Both the position numbers and the translations under genes were made by a program. Shown piece by piece: positions 1 through 12,445 of a stretch of 64,000 nt of DNA. The stretch's first letter is position 1, and the number at the start of each line of letters is the position of its first letter. Source of the stretch: Octopus bimaculoides. Lineage: Eukaryota. Below the pieces are notes generated by a model, which saw only the letters and a program-made list of their open reading frames with translations, did no database searches and was not told where the DNA came from. The stretch is from positions 8,302,719 through 8,366,718 of the forward strand of contig NC_068986.1 in NCBI RefSeq assembly GCF_001194135.2. The letters are read 5' to 3'.

Positions 1-462
1 TATATATATAGCACATGCCTGCAAGCACCACAATACAAGGTTGGGTGAAACGATCTGCTTTTATATCCTAATTGGAATGTCTTCTGCTTCTGCGAAGCCA
101 TTGAAAACCTGTAGATCGCTTCTACGCTCTCTGATTATATTTCACACAAGCCGGTTCGATTTTATTTCGGAAGTGACACGAGTATACGACATTAATAAGC
201 CGCAACTACTAAGAAATATATATCGTTGCTCCTGTGGTCACTACTGGGGTGGTTTCATTTTGCTAGAATCTGAAGTATATTGTGCTTTTTAAAACTATTC
301 GTCCTCGAAAAGATATTTCTCAGAAGAACCCTCAACGGTTTCTGGCGTCTAAAACACTCACACGCTATGTCGTTTTGATAGTTTTGACAGTAGAGGTCCT
401 TCTACTGCAAAATTCGAACTTATCATGTGTGTATATGTGTTTGTATGTTCATTGTATGTATG

Positions 463-502
<40 letters not shown>

Positions 503-533
503 GTAGTATATTGCCACTTAAGTGTGGCTGACC

Positions 534-618
534 CCTAGGGGTGGATGTTACTGTTGCTTTTAGCCCCAGGAGGACATCTCCTCTGGGGCTAAAAGCAACA
601 GTAACATCCACCCCTAGG
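534..618. repeat. Perfect 36-bp inverted repeat (hairpin) abutting an assembly gap
   Basis: 534-569 CCTAGGGGTGGATGTTACTGTTGCTTTTAGCCCCAG is the exact reverse complement of 583-618, with a 13-nt loop. N-run starts at 619. Confidence 0.9.
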
Positions 619-1616
619 NNNNNNNNNNNNNNNNNNNNNNNNNNNNNNNNNNNNNNNNNNNNNNNNNNNNNNNNNNNNNNNNNNNNNNNNNNNNNNNNNN
701 NNNNNNNNNNNNNNNNNNNNNNNNNNNNNNNNNNNNNNNNNNNNNNNNNNNNNNNNNNNNNNNNNNNNNNNNNNNNNNNNNNNNNNNNNNNNNNNNNNNN
801 NNNNNNNNNNNNNNNNNNNNNNNNNNNNNNNNNNNNNNNNNNNNNNNNNNNNNNNNNNNNNNNNNNNNNNNNNNNNNNNNNNNNNNNNNNNNNNNNNNNN
901 NNNNNNNNNNNNNNNNNNNNNNNNNNNNNNNNNNNNNNNNNNNNNNNNNNNNNNNNNNNNNNNNNNNNNNNNNNNNNNNNNNNNNNNNNNNNNNNNNNNN
1001 NNNNNNNNNNNNNNNNNNNNNNNNNNNNNNNNNNNNNNNNNNNNNNNNNNNNNNNNNNNNNNNNNNNNNNNNNNNNNNNNNNNNNNNNNNNNNNNNNNNN
1101 NNNNNNNNNNNNNNNNNNNNNNNNNNNNNNNNNNNNNNNNNNNNNNNNNNNNNNNNNNNNNNNNNNNNNNNNNNNNNNNNNNNNNNNNNNNNNNNNNNNN
1201 NNNNNNNNNNNNNNNNNNNNNNNNNNNNNNNNNNNNNNNNNNNNNNNNNNNNNNNNNNNNNNNNNNNNNNNNNNNNNNNNNNNNNNNNNNNNNNNNNNNN
1301 NNNNNNNNNNNNNNNNNNNNNNNNNNNNNNNNNNNNNNNNNNNNNNNNNNNNNNNNNNNNNNNNNNNNNNNNNNNNNNNNNNNNNNNNNNNNNNNNNNNN
1401 NNNNNNNNNNNNNNNNNNNNNNNNNNNNNNNNNNNNNNNNNNNNNNNNNNNNNNNNNNNNNNNNNNNNNNNNNNNNNNNNNNNNNNNNNNNNNNNNNNNN
1501 NNNNNNNNNNNNNNNNNNNNNNNNNNNNNNNNNNNNNNNNNNNNNNNNNNNNNNNNNNNNNNNNNNNNNNNNNNNNNNNNNNNNNNNNNNNNNNNNNNNN
1601 NNNNNNNNNNNNNNNN

Positions 1617-1647
<31 letters not shown>

Positions 1648-2146
1648 TAACAATTCAACAACCTAAAGGCAAATTTCCAGATGTCACTAAAGTGGCAGAA
1701 GGTACAAAGTGGTATCGCCATTGCTAGAAATAAGAGCCAAACCGACGTATTAGCCGCAAGACCACTATCTTAATAAGCTGACAAGGATGTGCCGCCTGGG
1801 TAGGCAAAGTAGACAGTACCTACTGTGAGTAAAATAGATAGATAGCAATATTTTCCTTTTATGGCAAAATGTGAAGGTTACTCTGATTACTATGCAAAAA
1901 TGCATAATATATTATTTTTTTGAAGATTAGGTAGGCATAATTCGCTCCTACCTTTAAGCTACGGATAGTAATGCTGTAGTTCACATGTTGTGTACACTCC
2001 TTCAACAACGTTTTCATTACGTACTATAAAGGCAGAAATATATCTGCCTTCAACTCAGTCGCGTGTTTCGCTTTTTTTTTTTATATGCTTTACTACATAA
2101 ATCTCACCAACTGCCTACTCTGAGTAATTACTGACAGCACGTGCCT

Positions 2147-2237
<91 letters not shown>
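2147..2237. repeat. (GATA)n microsatellite
   Basis: Pure GATA run ending at a gap. Confidence 0.95.
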
Positions 2238-3309
2238 NNNNNNNNNNNNNNNNNNNNNNNNNNNNNNNNNNNNNNNNNNNNNNNNNNNNNNNNNNNNNNN
2301 NNNNNNNNNNNNNNNNNNNNNNNNNNNNNNNNNNNNNNNNNNNNNNNNNNNNNNNNNNNNNNNNNNNNNNNNNNNNNNNNNNNNNNNNNNNNNNNNNNNN
2401 NNNNNNNNNNNNNNNNNNNNNNNNNNNNNNNNNNNNNNNNNNNNNNNNNNNNNNNNNNNNNNNNNNNNNNNNNNNNNNNNNNNNNNNNNNNNNNNNNNNN
2501 NNNNNNNNNNNNNNNNNNNNNNNNNNNNNNNNNNNNNNNNNNNNNNNNNNNNNNNNNNNNNNNNNNNNNNNNNNNNNNNNNNNNNNNNNNNNNNNNNNNN
2601 NNNNNNNNNNNNNNNNNNNNNNNNNNNNNNNNNNNNNNNNNNNNNNNNNNNNNNNNNNNNNNNNNNNNNNNNNNNNNNNNNNNNNNNNNNNNNNNNNNNN
2701 NNNNNNNNNNNNNNNNNNNNNNNNNNNNNNNNNNNNNNNNNNNNNNNNNNNNNNNNNNNNNNNNNNNNNNNNNNNNNNNNNNNNNNNNNNNGTTAAGTGA
2801 ACACATATCTGAAATATATCAACTTTTTGGAAATATTTTTCACACGACGTTAAATCTCATCTCGAGACAAAAGGTGAAAACAAATGATTTGAAAAAAATG
2901 CCGGGCGACAAAAGATAAATGGCGAATATTTCAAGCATTGTATAGTCTTTAAATGTCGAAATAATTCTATGAAACCTTTGCTGCTTTTGAAAATATTTGT
3001 TAATCTTTCTGAGCTACCAATGTGCCTGATGACCCTTAAGTTTCTACTTTGCTATCAACCTTTTTCCAGCAGTTTAGATGTCGTGAAAAGAATGACAAAC
3101 TAAATGAAATTAATGATATGTTTAGCTTCAGAGTATGACTCGTTTTTTGTGTACATCTTTCAAAGTTCAAACTATTCTAGAGTGAAAAAATATATCCAAC
3201 TTCAGAAATTAAGCTTCGATGTTTCACCTTTCAACCAATTAAATGCTAAGTTACTTTCAGCCAACCAGAGAGAATCAATAAAGTTTTTCCACTTGCTACA
3301 ATTTCTTTT

Positions 3310-4493
3310 GGAATACTTGAGACAGGTGGAATTCAACAGAATGATATGACAGAAAAGATAAAGAAAGAGTATCTGCAAGGATTGACAAATATATCGGATT
3401 TAAAGTCGGGTGTCAGAGACATAATTTCGGTAATAAACTAGCACGCGGTCGCAGTAGTTCAGTATGGCGCTGGAATTCTGAACTGGACAGAGGATGAGCT
3501 GTAAAAGTTGGACCGGTAGAGAAGAAAACTTCCAACAATGCATGAAGTTCATCATCTACGTCCAGACACTGATCGCCTACACATGAAGAGACCACATGGG
3601 GGAAGGGGACTGGTAAGTGTGGAAGACTGCTGTGTGCATATCGAACTTTGGAACTAGCTGAGATATCTGTCCAAAATTGAGGAAACCTTGCTAGGAGCAG
3701 ATTGAAATGAGGGAAAAGAAAAGAACAAAGTGACAAGTACAGGAAAGGCATGAAGAAACACTACCCAACAAGTGACTGAAAAATAAACCTCGTATAGCCA
3801 CAACTGAAGTTACTGGAGAACATAGATAGGACTGGCTGAGGAAAGGAGCTTTGAAAAAAGAGATTGACAGCACTGTACTGGTTAGTGCAAGATCAAACTT
3901 TCGCCACAAATTGGAGGGTCAAATTTAGGATGAGCAAGTGTCCCCGTTGTGCTGAATTTGCAATAAACGAAAGTATTGCACGTATGGTAAACAAATTACC
4001 TCGGCTTGCCCAAAACCAATATAATCTGTGGAAACACGATGAGGTAGCAAAAATACTACATTGGAAACTATATGAAAATTGGGATCTAGAGAGAGGCGAA
4101 ACGTGGTATGAGCGAAAACTAACGTGAGACCTGTAAAATACGTGGGATTTACCCATCCAAATAAATCAGATACTCTAGCATAACAAACCGGGTCTAGTTG
4201 TTACGGATAAGACGCAGCACATGTGCTATACAGTTGGTGTTGCATGCCCCTTTGACCCACAAATAGTCAAGAAGGAAAGTGTGAAAATAGATATATACAA
4301 TTCTCTTATTGTCCGGCTATGGAAAATATGGAAGGTGAAGATAGTGTCGATTATTTTGGGGTCCCTGTGGACAGTATCAGAAGACATCAAGAGGAATATA
4401 AAAGAAATCGGAATAGAGTGCCCAGTAGAACTGTTACAAAAGGTTTGCCTCCTTGGCATGGCCAGAATAATCAGGAAGGTATTAGATAGTTGA
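3310..4493 (+). mobile_element. 5'-truncated R4/Dong-like non-LTR retrotransposon (RT C-terminus, degenerate zinc knuckle, restriction-like endonuclease), pseudogenised
   Basis: Translations across stops and frameshifts: GILETGGIQQNDMTEKIKKEY...AVAVVQYGAGILNWTEDEL*KLDR...DTDRLHMKRPHGGRGLVSVEDC; SKCPRC...LAQNQYNLWKHDEVAKILHWKL...WYE (ORF 3864-4127); VACPFD...K.DIY..L...WK.KIVSIILGSL...LLQKVCLLGMARIIRKVLDS* (ORF 4221-4493). These follow the C-terminal motifs of RLE-type LINE ORF2. Confidence 0.85.
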
Positions 4494-4594
4494 AAAATCG
4501 GATAGCATGGCACTGTTGGCTGCAGGTAGCAATCCCGCTACGCGTGCATAACTCCAGGAATTCTAACATGAGTTGGAGGAAAAGGGATAGGAAA

Positions 4595-5080
4595 AAATCC
4601 TTTGGGACTTTGACTTTCAGGCAGACAAGGTATTAGAGCACCGAAGGCCGGATGTAGTAAGATTTAGCGGGGACAAACAAGAGTGCCTCACAATTAACGT
4701 TGCAGTGACAGGAGATCAGCATATGAAAGAAAGTTGATAAATATGGTGACCTGAGAACTGAGATGGCTAAGATGTAACAGCTACGAGGGTCGAACATAAA
4801 GTTTATCTCTATTGTCATCGAAGCATTGGGTTCAGTACCACCCAATCTGAAAAAAAAAACATCTGAAAACCTTAGAAATACCCTACAATCTAGATGTACT
4901 GCAAAAGTTGGCATTGCTTGGTATCGTACGCATATTGCCTAAAGTACTGTCTGTCTAAGGTCCTTGTTGTGACTTGGCAAACAGTACAAAACCTTGGTAG
5001 ACACAATATCTTCAATCAACAACCTCACGATATTGTATACTGTGCGACGTTTATAATAATAATAATAATAATAATAATAA
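4595..5080 (+). mobile_element. Second, distinct R4/Dong-like LINE 3' end with (TAA)n tail
   Basis: KILWDFDFQADKVLEHRRPDVV...INVAVTGDQH...DKYGDLRTEMAKM...IVIEALGSVPPNL...LQKLALLGIVRILPKVLSV* (stop 4956-4958), then (TAA)n at 5052-5080. The RPD..D motif is typical of the RLE domain. Confidence 0.8.
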
Positions 5081-5084
5081 TCTT

Positions 5085-5230
5085 TGCAAAATTTTGGCAC
5101 AAGGCCAGCAATTTTAGGAGATGGAGCAAGTTGATTGCATCGACTATATTACTTGACTGCTACTTTATTTTAACGACGTCGAAAGGATAAAGGAGAAAGT
5201 TGATCCTGGCTGCATTTGAACTCAGAACGA
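5085..5230 (-). mobile_element. tRNA-derived SINE family A, degenerate copy
   Basis: AAATTTTGGCACAAGGCCAGCAAT...GAAAGGAT...ATTTGAACTCAGAACG matches the copies at 34983 and 56643. Confidence 0.65.
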
Positions 5231-5375
5231 AAGAAGTAGGCAGCACAAGGCCAGGAATTTCGACCCAGAATATAACTAGTTTCTTCATTGTTTTCGGCCC
5301 TGGAAGGACGGAAATCCTCTTTACCTTGGGGGAATTTTAACTGTGCTGTTCGTCCTTCCGGGGACGATAAATTAT

Positions 5376-5376
<1 letters not shown>

Positions 5377-5441
<65 letters not shown>

Positions 5442-5450
5442 CAGCAGCAG
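5377..5450. repeat. (AGT)n-(GCA)n compound microsatellite
   Basis: Seen directly. Confidence 0.95.
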
Positions 5451-6735
5451 CTATAATCGTAACATAGTCTGCTATTGTAAACTTTAATTAATTATGAAAA
5501 TCATTTCAACGCCAGTTAAATATTTAGTCGTTGAAGTTATGTTCTACTGAGATGAAAATTTCCTTATTTCACTTTGTCTTCTCTTATATCAAATTTATCT
5601 AACTTATAATTCATTTAATTTAATGAACCCCTCGCGTGGCCCAAATATATCCCCACCCGTACATTAAAAGCATGAATAGTAAGGATGAGGTTTCCATTAT
5701 TATAGGTTTTTCTATTCGTTTTATTAACTTTTTGATAAGATGAGAAATTTTGCTGTTTCGTTTTCGAAATAATGTTGCATCTGTTCTTTTGTTTAAGTTG
5801 TATTGAAGGTGCACATGTTCAACTATGGCGAAATTGATAATTCCATGGATTGCTGTATTGGCAATATCGTGGTTGCCACTTGAGGTTCTACAGTACATTT
5901 CTTTGGCAGCATTGGCAATTTTCCATAGGATGTTTACTTGAAATAATGGAGGCGTACGGTGCCAGGTTATTCAAAGCGATTTAGTGAATTCTTCAAGACA
6001 AAGGAATAATATAGATGCCATGAAATAGAAATTTGTGAAAATGAAGACAATGTCAAAGGGCTTGTTAGTAGCGAGAGACATAACAGCTATGTTGGAGGGA
6101 ACTTTTCCTCGTGAAGAAAAGACAATTAATCATGTTATGGAAAAAGAATTTGGCTCACTCATCAGTTTTATTTTACTGCTTACATTATACATATATATCA
6201 CGCAGTTATTTCTCTCAGGAAGTTGAAAATAATTCACTCCATAAGAATAGATCAGGTGAGAAGTAAATAAGTATGCACTTCTTTATCACAAGAAATAACA
6301 GAATAGATACATTAATAACATGTGAAGAGATTTTTGGAAAATATCAAATCCAGATCACGTTTTAGACAGGAAATTATGTATTCATTCTCAGATTCAAAGA
6401 AAGCGTGTGCTTGCATTCAGGAGTGAGTGTTTTGTTTGAGCATGTATATAGTTGTTTATTTTTAGTGAAATATAATGCTTTTATTTTACTGTTGAAGTGT
6501 TGATATTGTTGTGTAGCGCAGGGGATACTGGTTAATCCGGCTTATAGCACATATCCTGTACTCCAGATATACTGTTTTTCTCTCTAGTGGGGAACTACTG
6601 TGTGCCAAGAGACGCTACTGCATATTTTAGTTCCTTTTATTAAACATGTATAGATTCTGCTAGAAGCTACAATGGTAGCGGTTAAGGTCAGAGAGCTGCT
6701 TTTCCCCTGCCTCTATTGCCAATGATAATATTGGG

Positions 6736-6915
6736 CTTAAATTTCGGCGCAAGGCCAGCAACTTCGTGTGTGGGGAAGTAAGTGGATTACATGGACCTCA
6801 GTGCCTAACTGGTTCTTATTTTTCCGATCTCCCAATGATAAAGGGCCAAGTCAACTTCGGCGGAATTTGAGCTTAGAACGTAAAGATAGACGAAATGCTG
6901 TTAAGCATTTTGCCG
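6736..6915 (-). mobile_element. SINE family A copy
   Basis: AATTTCGGCGCAAGGCCAGCAAC...GTCAACTTCGGCGGAATTTGAGCTTAGAACGTAAAGA...GAAATGCTGTTAAGCATTTTGCC. Confidence 0.7.
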
Positions 6916-6917
6916 AA

Positions 6918-7612
6918 CCCCCTATTACCATTATTGCCCAGCACCCTATGGCAATTATTGCCCAGCGCCCTAATACCATTATTGCCCAGCGCCATATTAC
7001 CATTATTACCCAGCGCCCTATTACCATTATTGCCCTGCACCCTATGGCAATTATTGCCCAGCGCCCTATNNNNNNNNNNNNNNNNNNNNNNNNNNNNNNN
7101 NNNNNNNNNNNNNNNNNNNNNNNNNNNNNNNNNNNNNNNNNNNNNNNNNNNNNNNNNNNNNNNNNNNNNNNNNNNNNNNNNNNNNNNNNNNNNNNNNNNN
7201 NNNNNNNNNNNNNNNNNNNNNNNNNNNNNNNNNNNNNNNNNNNNNNNNNNNNNNNNNNNNNNNNNNNNNNNNNNNNNNNNNNNNNNNNNNNNNNNNNNNN
7301 NNNNNNNNNNNNNNNNNNNNNNNNNNNNNNNNNNNNNNNNNNNNNNNNNNNNNNNNAGCACCCTATGGCAATTATTGCCCAGCGCCCTAATACCATTATT
7401 GCCCAGCGCCATATTACCATTATTACCCAGCGCCCTATTACCATTATTGCCCTGCACCCTATGGCAATTATTGCCCAGCGCCCTATTACCATTATTGCCC
7501 AGCGCCCTATCGCCATTGTTGCCCAGCGCCCTATTACCATTATTATCCGGCGCCCTATTACCATTATTATCCGGCGCCCTATTGCCATTATTGCCCAGCG
7601 CCCGATTGCTAT
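6918..7612. repeat. 24-bp minisatellite, consensus CCCTATTACCATTATTGCCCAGCG, spanning a gap
   Basis: Unit seen directly; it produces the 8-aa periodic ORFs (PITIIAQR, GNNGNRAL). Confidence 0.9.
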
Positions 7613-9301
7613 TAAACTCACCCGAACTTTCTGCTTTATATGTTTATATGTTTACATAATACGCATATTTCTACACTTCTATATATTTTTGTACACGATG
7701 TAAATTTTTATTCTCGTTATATAATTTTATACAAGCTGTATATTTCTATGCACTCTGTATGTTGTTATACGAGTTGTATATTTTATATATGCTGTATATT
7801 TTTATACTTGCTTATATTTTTATATTTCTTTATATTTTTACAATTGTTTTTCATTGGGATTTTGCATGAATTTAAAAGAAAGGTTTAACTTTAGAAGCTA
7901 GATATTGAATTGTGTAGATTTGACGATAAATTTTCCATAATTTCAGCATTTTCGTTTCAGTTAGTTTACTGATTGTTAACGCATGTTTAAAATAAGCTGA
8001 CAGTTTAATGAGATCTCGTTTCAACTTACAAATTAAGTTTGAAGCTCATTATCTTTGAATGGCAAAACCAGATGAATAGCAATGGAGATTACCAGAACGA
8101 ATGGAAATTATGAAACATAACGTAAATTATAAAAAAACAATGAGTTAATTTTTCACTTGCTAATCATAGAAATATTAGGAAAAGCATGCTACATTGTAAC
8201 AGAATGTTTGGCAAAGTTAATCACTTATTGTCATTTCTTTTGTCAAAATGACAAACCATGAATTAGGTATGTTACTCAATATTATAATTGTGTTATATTA
8301 TCATTATGCAAAATTGTATTTCATTTCTCGTTCATATAATTGTATGGCCTTAAGACACTGTAAATCAGCCAAACAGAAGACAACAGTTACTTTGAAGTAA
8401 TCTAAAACCAACAAGGATGACTACATTATTGATTTCATCAGTTAAAAAAATATGTTTTTGAACGGAGACAATGTTCTTCTTGATGATGAAGACTATGCTG
8501 CTGTTGCTGCTGCTGATGATGATAATGATAATGACGACGATGATAATGATGATGATGATGAGGATCAAGTCGGGCCGCACTGACAGAGCAAGTCAGTGAT
8601 CAAAGATGTTCGAATCATGACTGTTGTATGTTTGTCTTATGTACGATGCGTCTACGACTACATTCTACGATATGTCCATTATTTTTTCAAAACAGTAATG
8701 TGTTATTTGGCTGTTATTCCTCGCACATCGAAACCACTTTCAGTCTTCCATTCTTCTTTGTTTTAATTATGAAGTCACGTTTCCGATAAAATTATATAAA
8801 CGCCACGTTTATTGTTCACATTTTTTACACCACGCTCTAACATAGAAAACTGGACGCTTTTGAAATTATTAACCAAAAGAAAATCCTTTAATAAATACCG
8901 AACAACTTTCAATTAATATTCGAAAGTTTCTTTTACAACACTAGCAGAAGGGCCTACCGTTTGTCTTTTTACAACATTTTTTTTACATATTTCGCTTATT
9001 GGGTCCTTTTCAAGGAAATACTCGCTCATCGAGGTATGTGGCGAAAGGGGATTTATTTGTCGGACATATATCAGTGAATTTAATTCTACAAAACTCTCAG
9101 ACTGCATTTCAAGTCACACAGCGTTTACCGGCGTAGTGCAAGAGTTAAAATTAGTACTTTGTGTAACAGGAAACATAGCCTATCACGTGCAGCATCTCAC
9201 TCAACCCAGAATAAAGCAGATGAGACCATTTAATAATTCAATGGAAAGCGAGCAAATATGTACAATTTATTTAAATACGTATTTAAATAAATTTTAATAT
9301 C

Positions 9302-9326
9302 ATGAAGAGCGAAAGCGAAACCGGTC
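9302..9326 (+). ncRNA. Minimal hammerhead-like motif (C3 replaced by A)
   Basis: ATGAAGA-GC-GAAA-GC-GAAA-CCGG-TC: 2-bp helix II with GNRA loop, palindromic helix III (ACCGGT), UC cleavage site. Helix I is weak. Confidence 0.5.
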
Positions 9327-9455
9327 GACAAACACAATACGAGACATATTAAAAATTATATGAAAATGTAAAGTGTGTGCATTTTCCTTCTTTAATTTCC
9401 TATATATATTACAACTCACCACGTGGGGTTAATCGAAATTCCTCCCTTTCTGTTA

Positions 9456-9509
<54 letters not shown>

Positions 9510-9515
<6 letters not shown>

Positions 9516-9690
9516 TTGAAATCTATAAGCTTTTCATCATTCTCACTCTGTTTATTTTCTCTTATTACTTTTTGTTCAAGTGCATAGGCTCGAAACGTAA
9601 AAGATTTCCTCACCCTACCGAGCCTCAAACTAATACACTTGCTTGTTGTTCATACACCTGTCTTCGTCTTTTGTTTTTCTATAAATTCCA
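9510..9690 (+). mobile_element. Short (TA)n-flanked element with hammerhead-like core (family T)
   Basis: 5' half matches 29464-29540 (minus) and 3' half matches 14945-15015. It contains GCATAGGCTCGAAACGTAAAAG and has TA runs on both sides. Confidence 0.6.
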
Positions 9691-10135
9691 ACTATATATA
9701 TGTCTATGCGCGCGCGCGCGTGTGTGTGTGTGTTAAGGATTAGAATGAATCAAGTACTTAAAAGATAGGCACCAGGTTGGGTCGAAATAACTTGTAAATA
9801 GCACCTTTAGTCGAATAGCTATCATGGCTACTGAAGTACATCCAGTGAAATAGTCAGGTCATGTATACACAGTATTTAAAAACCTTATGAGTATTTTAAT
9901 AGCCTAAGGGCTAATCGATAAGTATACGTTGTATTGGTCCCACGTTTTTTGCTATACTCCAGAATGTCCGACGAGTCGGGATTCTAGTGGGGGTGTATCA
10001 TGAACAAATAAACAACAAGTGTCACTTCATTACAGTTGTTTCCAACGGATTTCTTTTAATATAGATTAACGAGTACATCAAATCATAACTAAAACAAAAA
10101 AAGCGTGCTAACGTTTCTGCCAGCTCGTCAAGATA

Positions 10136-10224
10136 GTGTGGCAGGCCTGATTAGGACACTGTTACTATAATTCAGCCCCAGGAAACATCGTCTCCAGCTG
10201 GCTATCGATGCACTATCTCCGTCC
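10136..10224 (+). repeat. Dispersed repeat related to 521-582
   Basis: AGTGTGGC...GTTACT...AGCCCCAGGA.ACAT.(C)TC is shared with 521-582. Confidence 0.45.
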
Positions 10225-10685
10225 TTATATTTTCGAACATGTATATGTATGTATGTATATACGTATATATATANNNNNNNNNNNNNNNNNNNNNNNNNNN
10301 NNNNNNNNNNNNNNNNNNNNNNNNNNNNNNNNNNNNNNNNNNNNNNNNNNNNNNNNNNNNNNNNNNNNNNNNNNNNNNNNNNNNNNNNNNNNNNNNNNNN
10401 NNNNNNNNNNNNNNNNNNNNNNNNNNNNNNNNNNNNNNNNNNNNNNNNNNNNNNNNNNNNNNNNNNNNNNNNNNNNNNNNNNNNNNNNNNNNNNNNNNNN
10501 NNNNNNNNNNNNNNNNNNNNNNNNNNNNNNNNNNNNNNNNNNNNNNNNNNNNNNNNNNNNNNNNNNNNNNNNNNNNNNNNNNNNNNNNNNNNNNNNNNNN
10601 NNNNNNNNNNNNNNNNNNNNNNNNNNNNNNNNNNNNNNNNNNNNNNNNNNNNNNNNNNNNNNNNNNNNNNNNNNNNNNNNNNNNN

Positions 10686-10717
<32 letters not shown>

Positions 10718-10843
10718 TGTGTGTATATACATATATAAGACTAACTTGACCTAACTCAATTCTTATACCACTATATGCATTACTATATCCCCTAACTGTT
10801 ACTCCTGCATCTCTTACACCATGAACTTTAACATACTTCTCAA

Positions 10844-10895
10844 CATTCTGAAGAGATCTGCCAATCAAATTGGCAAATCGAAACGATCGTCAATG
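10844..10895 (+). ncRNA. Type I hammerhead ribozyme with complete canonical core
   Basis: Helix I CATT(10844-47)/AATG(10892-95); CUGAAGA 10848-54; helix II 10855-65/10869-79 (10 of 11 bp, G10.1-C11.1); GAAA 10880-83; palindromic helix III ACGATCGT; GUC cleavage triplet ending at 10891. Confidence 0.8.
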
Positions 10896-11182
10896 AATCA
10901 TTATACAATCTCCACATAATTAATTAAAACAATGGCTAACTAGCGCAATTGACCTGCCTCTTCTTGTGTTTGTTTCTCCATTCTCCACTATAATTATAAA
11001 CTGCGGTTTAAACGATAAATTACGTGCCTCTGGATACCTTCTAACAAAGACGGTACCCACACAAGTAATCTCCAGGAGTGCCTTCTGATTTAACTATCCC
11101 CTGGTTGCTTAGACACTTTAGCCTACCCCTTGAATGTTTAAGCAATCCTATCATATACCTATACACATATATATATCTACAT

Positions 11183-11230
<48 letters not shown>

Positions 11231-12378
11231 GATCCTCTTATATATATATATGCAGGATCCTCTTAAAAGTGATCTTCAAAGGCAATATCCACAGCAGATA
11301 CCACGTAGATGTTTTATCTATAAAGATTTATTTCAACTAAAAATCTATCAACTGTTACTGTTTCTCTCTTAGTGACAAACATTAAACAGATACAGTATCG
11401 AGAGACATCTGATGCCAAACTTACTGAAAATAATTCTTACTCCATTCTTTCCTTATCAATAAAAATTTGGTGATTCTCTTAAAGATTACCCGGTTTTGCT
11501 TTAGAAGTTGAAATACTTCATATCCCTGTAAGTGCTACTGTTTCCCCATTGGGGCGGTTTAAAACCAAGCTCTAATGTACCTTCTCTGATTCTGAGATGA
11601 TAATTGGATTTATTATATCATATCGGATTATTCTAGTTTTAAGAAGATTATTTAATCATCATCCGTTGAAATATCAGATTCTGAAAATGTATTTCTCATT
11701 GATTATATTTTAGTTATATGAATTCCATTATGTTTGTTGGATTTTCAGTTCTTTCACTTCATTACTGCCTCTTTGGAACATTAACATTCTACGATTCTTA
11801 GAATCGCGTAATTTGTGTTCAAAAACTTACTGATAAACATTTTCGCAAACGCGGTAAATCTATTTACAACCCCGATGAAATTACTGAAGTAGCGTTCGAG
11901 GATCGAAACTATGTTGATTCCGGGAAGGGTGTAACACTTTTTATACCTCTATTAATTTGATTTCTATATTGGTTTGTCGTGGTTATGTGTTAATTATCAT
12001 GAAATAAGAACATAAAATATGATGTAACAACTTTATACGTGTCCATAATAACAATCAATTATGAGAGAAAATCTAGCACCAAATTAGGTTCAGTAGAGCG
12101 TTGTCTCACCCAGATTGTTAATTTCCTCCATACGTACAAACATGGAGGTTTTATGTGACGAACGAATGAGACTATTAACATTCATGTCTTGCTTAAAGAC
12201 ATTAGAGATGGAAAGGAAGCGACTGGAAAATCAATAGAATAATAATTTACATAAATATGTTTATGCTGGTAATAGACATACAAACTAACAAGCACGCAAA
12301 TACACATCCATACGCACATGCACACACACACATGCATATATATGTATATATATATGTGTGTGTGTATGTGTGTGTGTG

Positions 12379-12445
<67 letters not shown>

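Noticed and set aside
5825-5941. GPCR TM6-like (AISWLP) or Cys-loop M1-like (LIIP) peptide
   Set aside because: Only a few matching residues, stops on both sides, and no other receptor segments nearby.
6940-7486. Higher-order 130-bp repeat within the minisatellite
   Set aside because: Identical blocks lie on either side of the gap; probably contig overlap.
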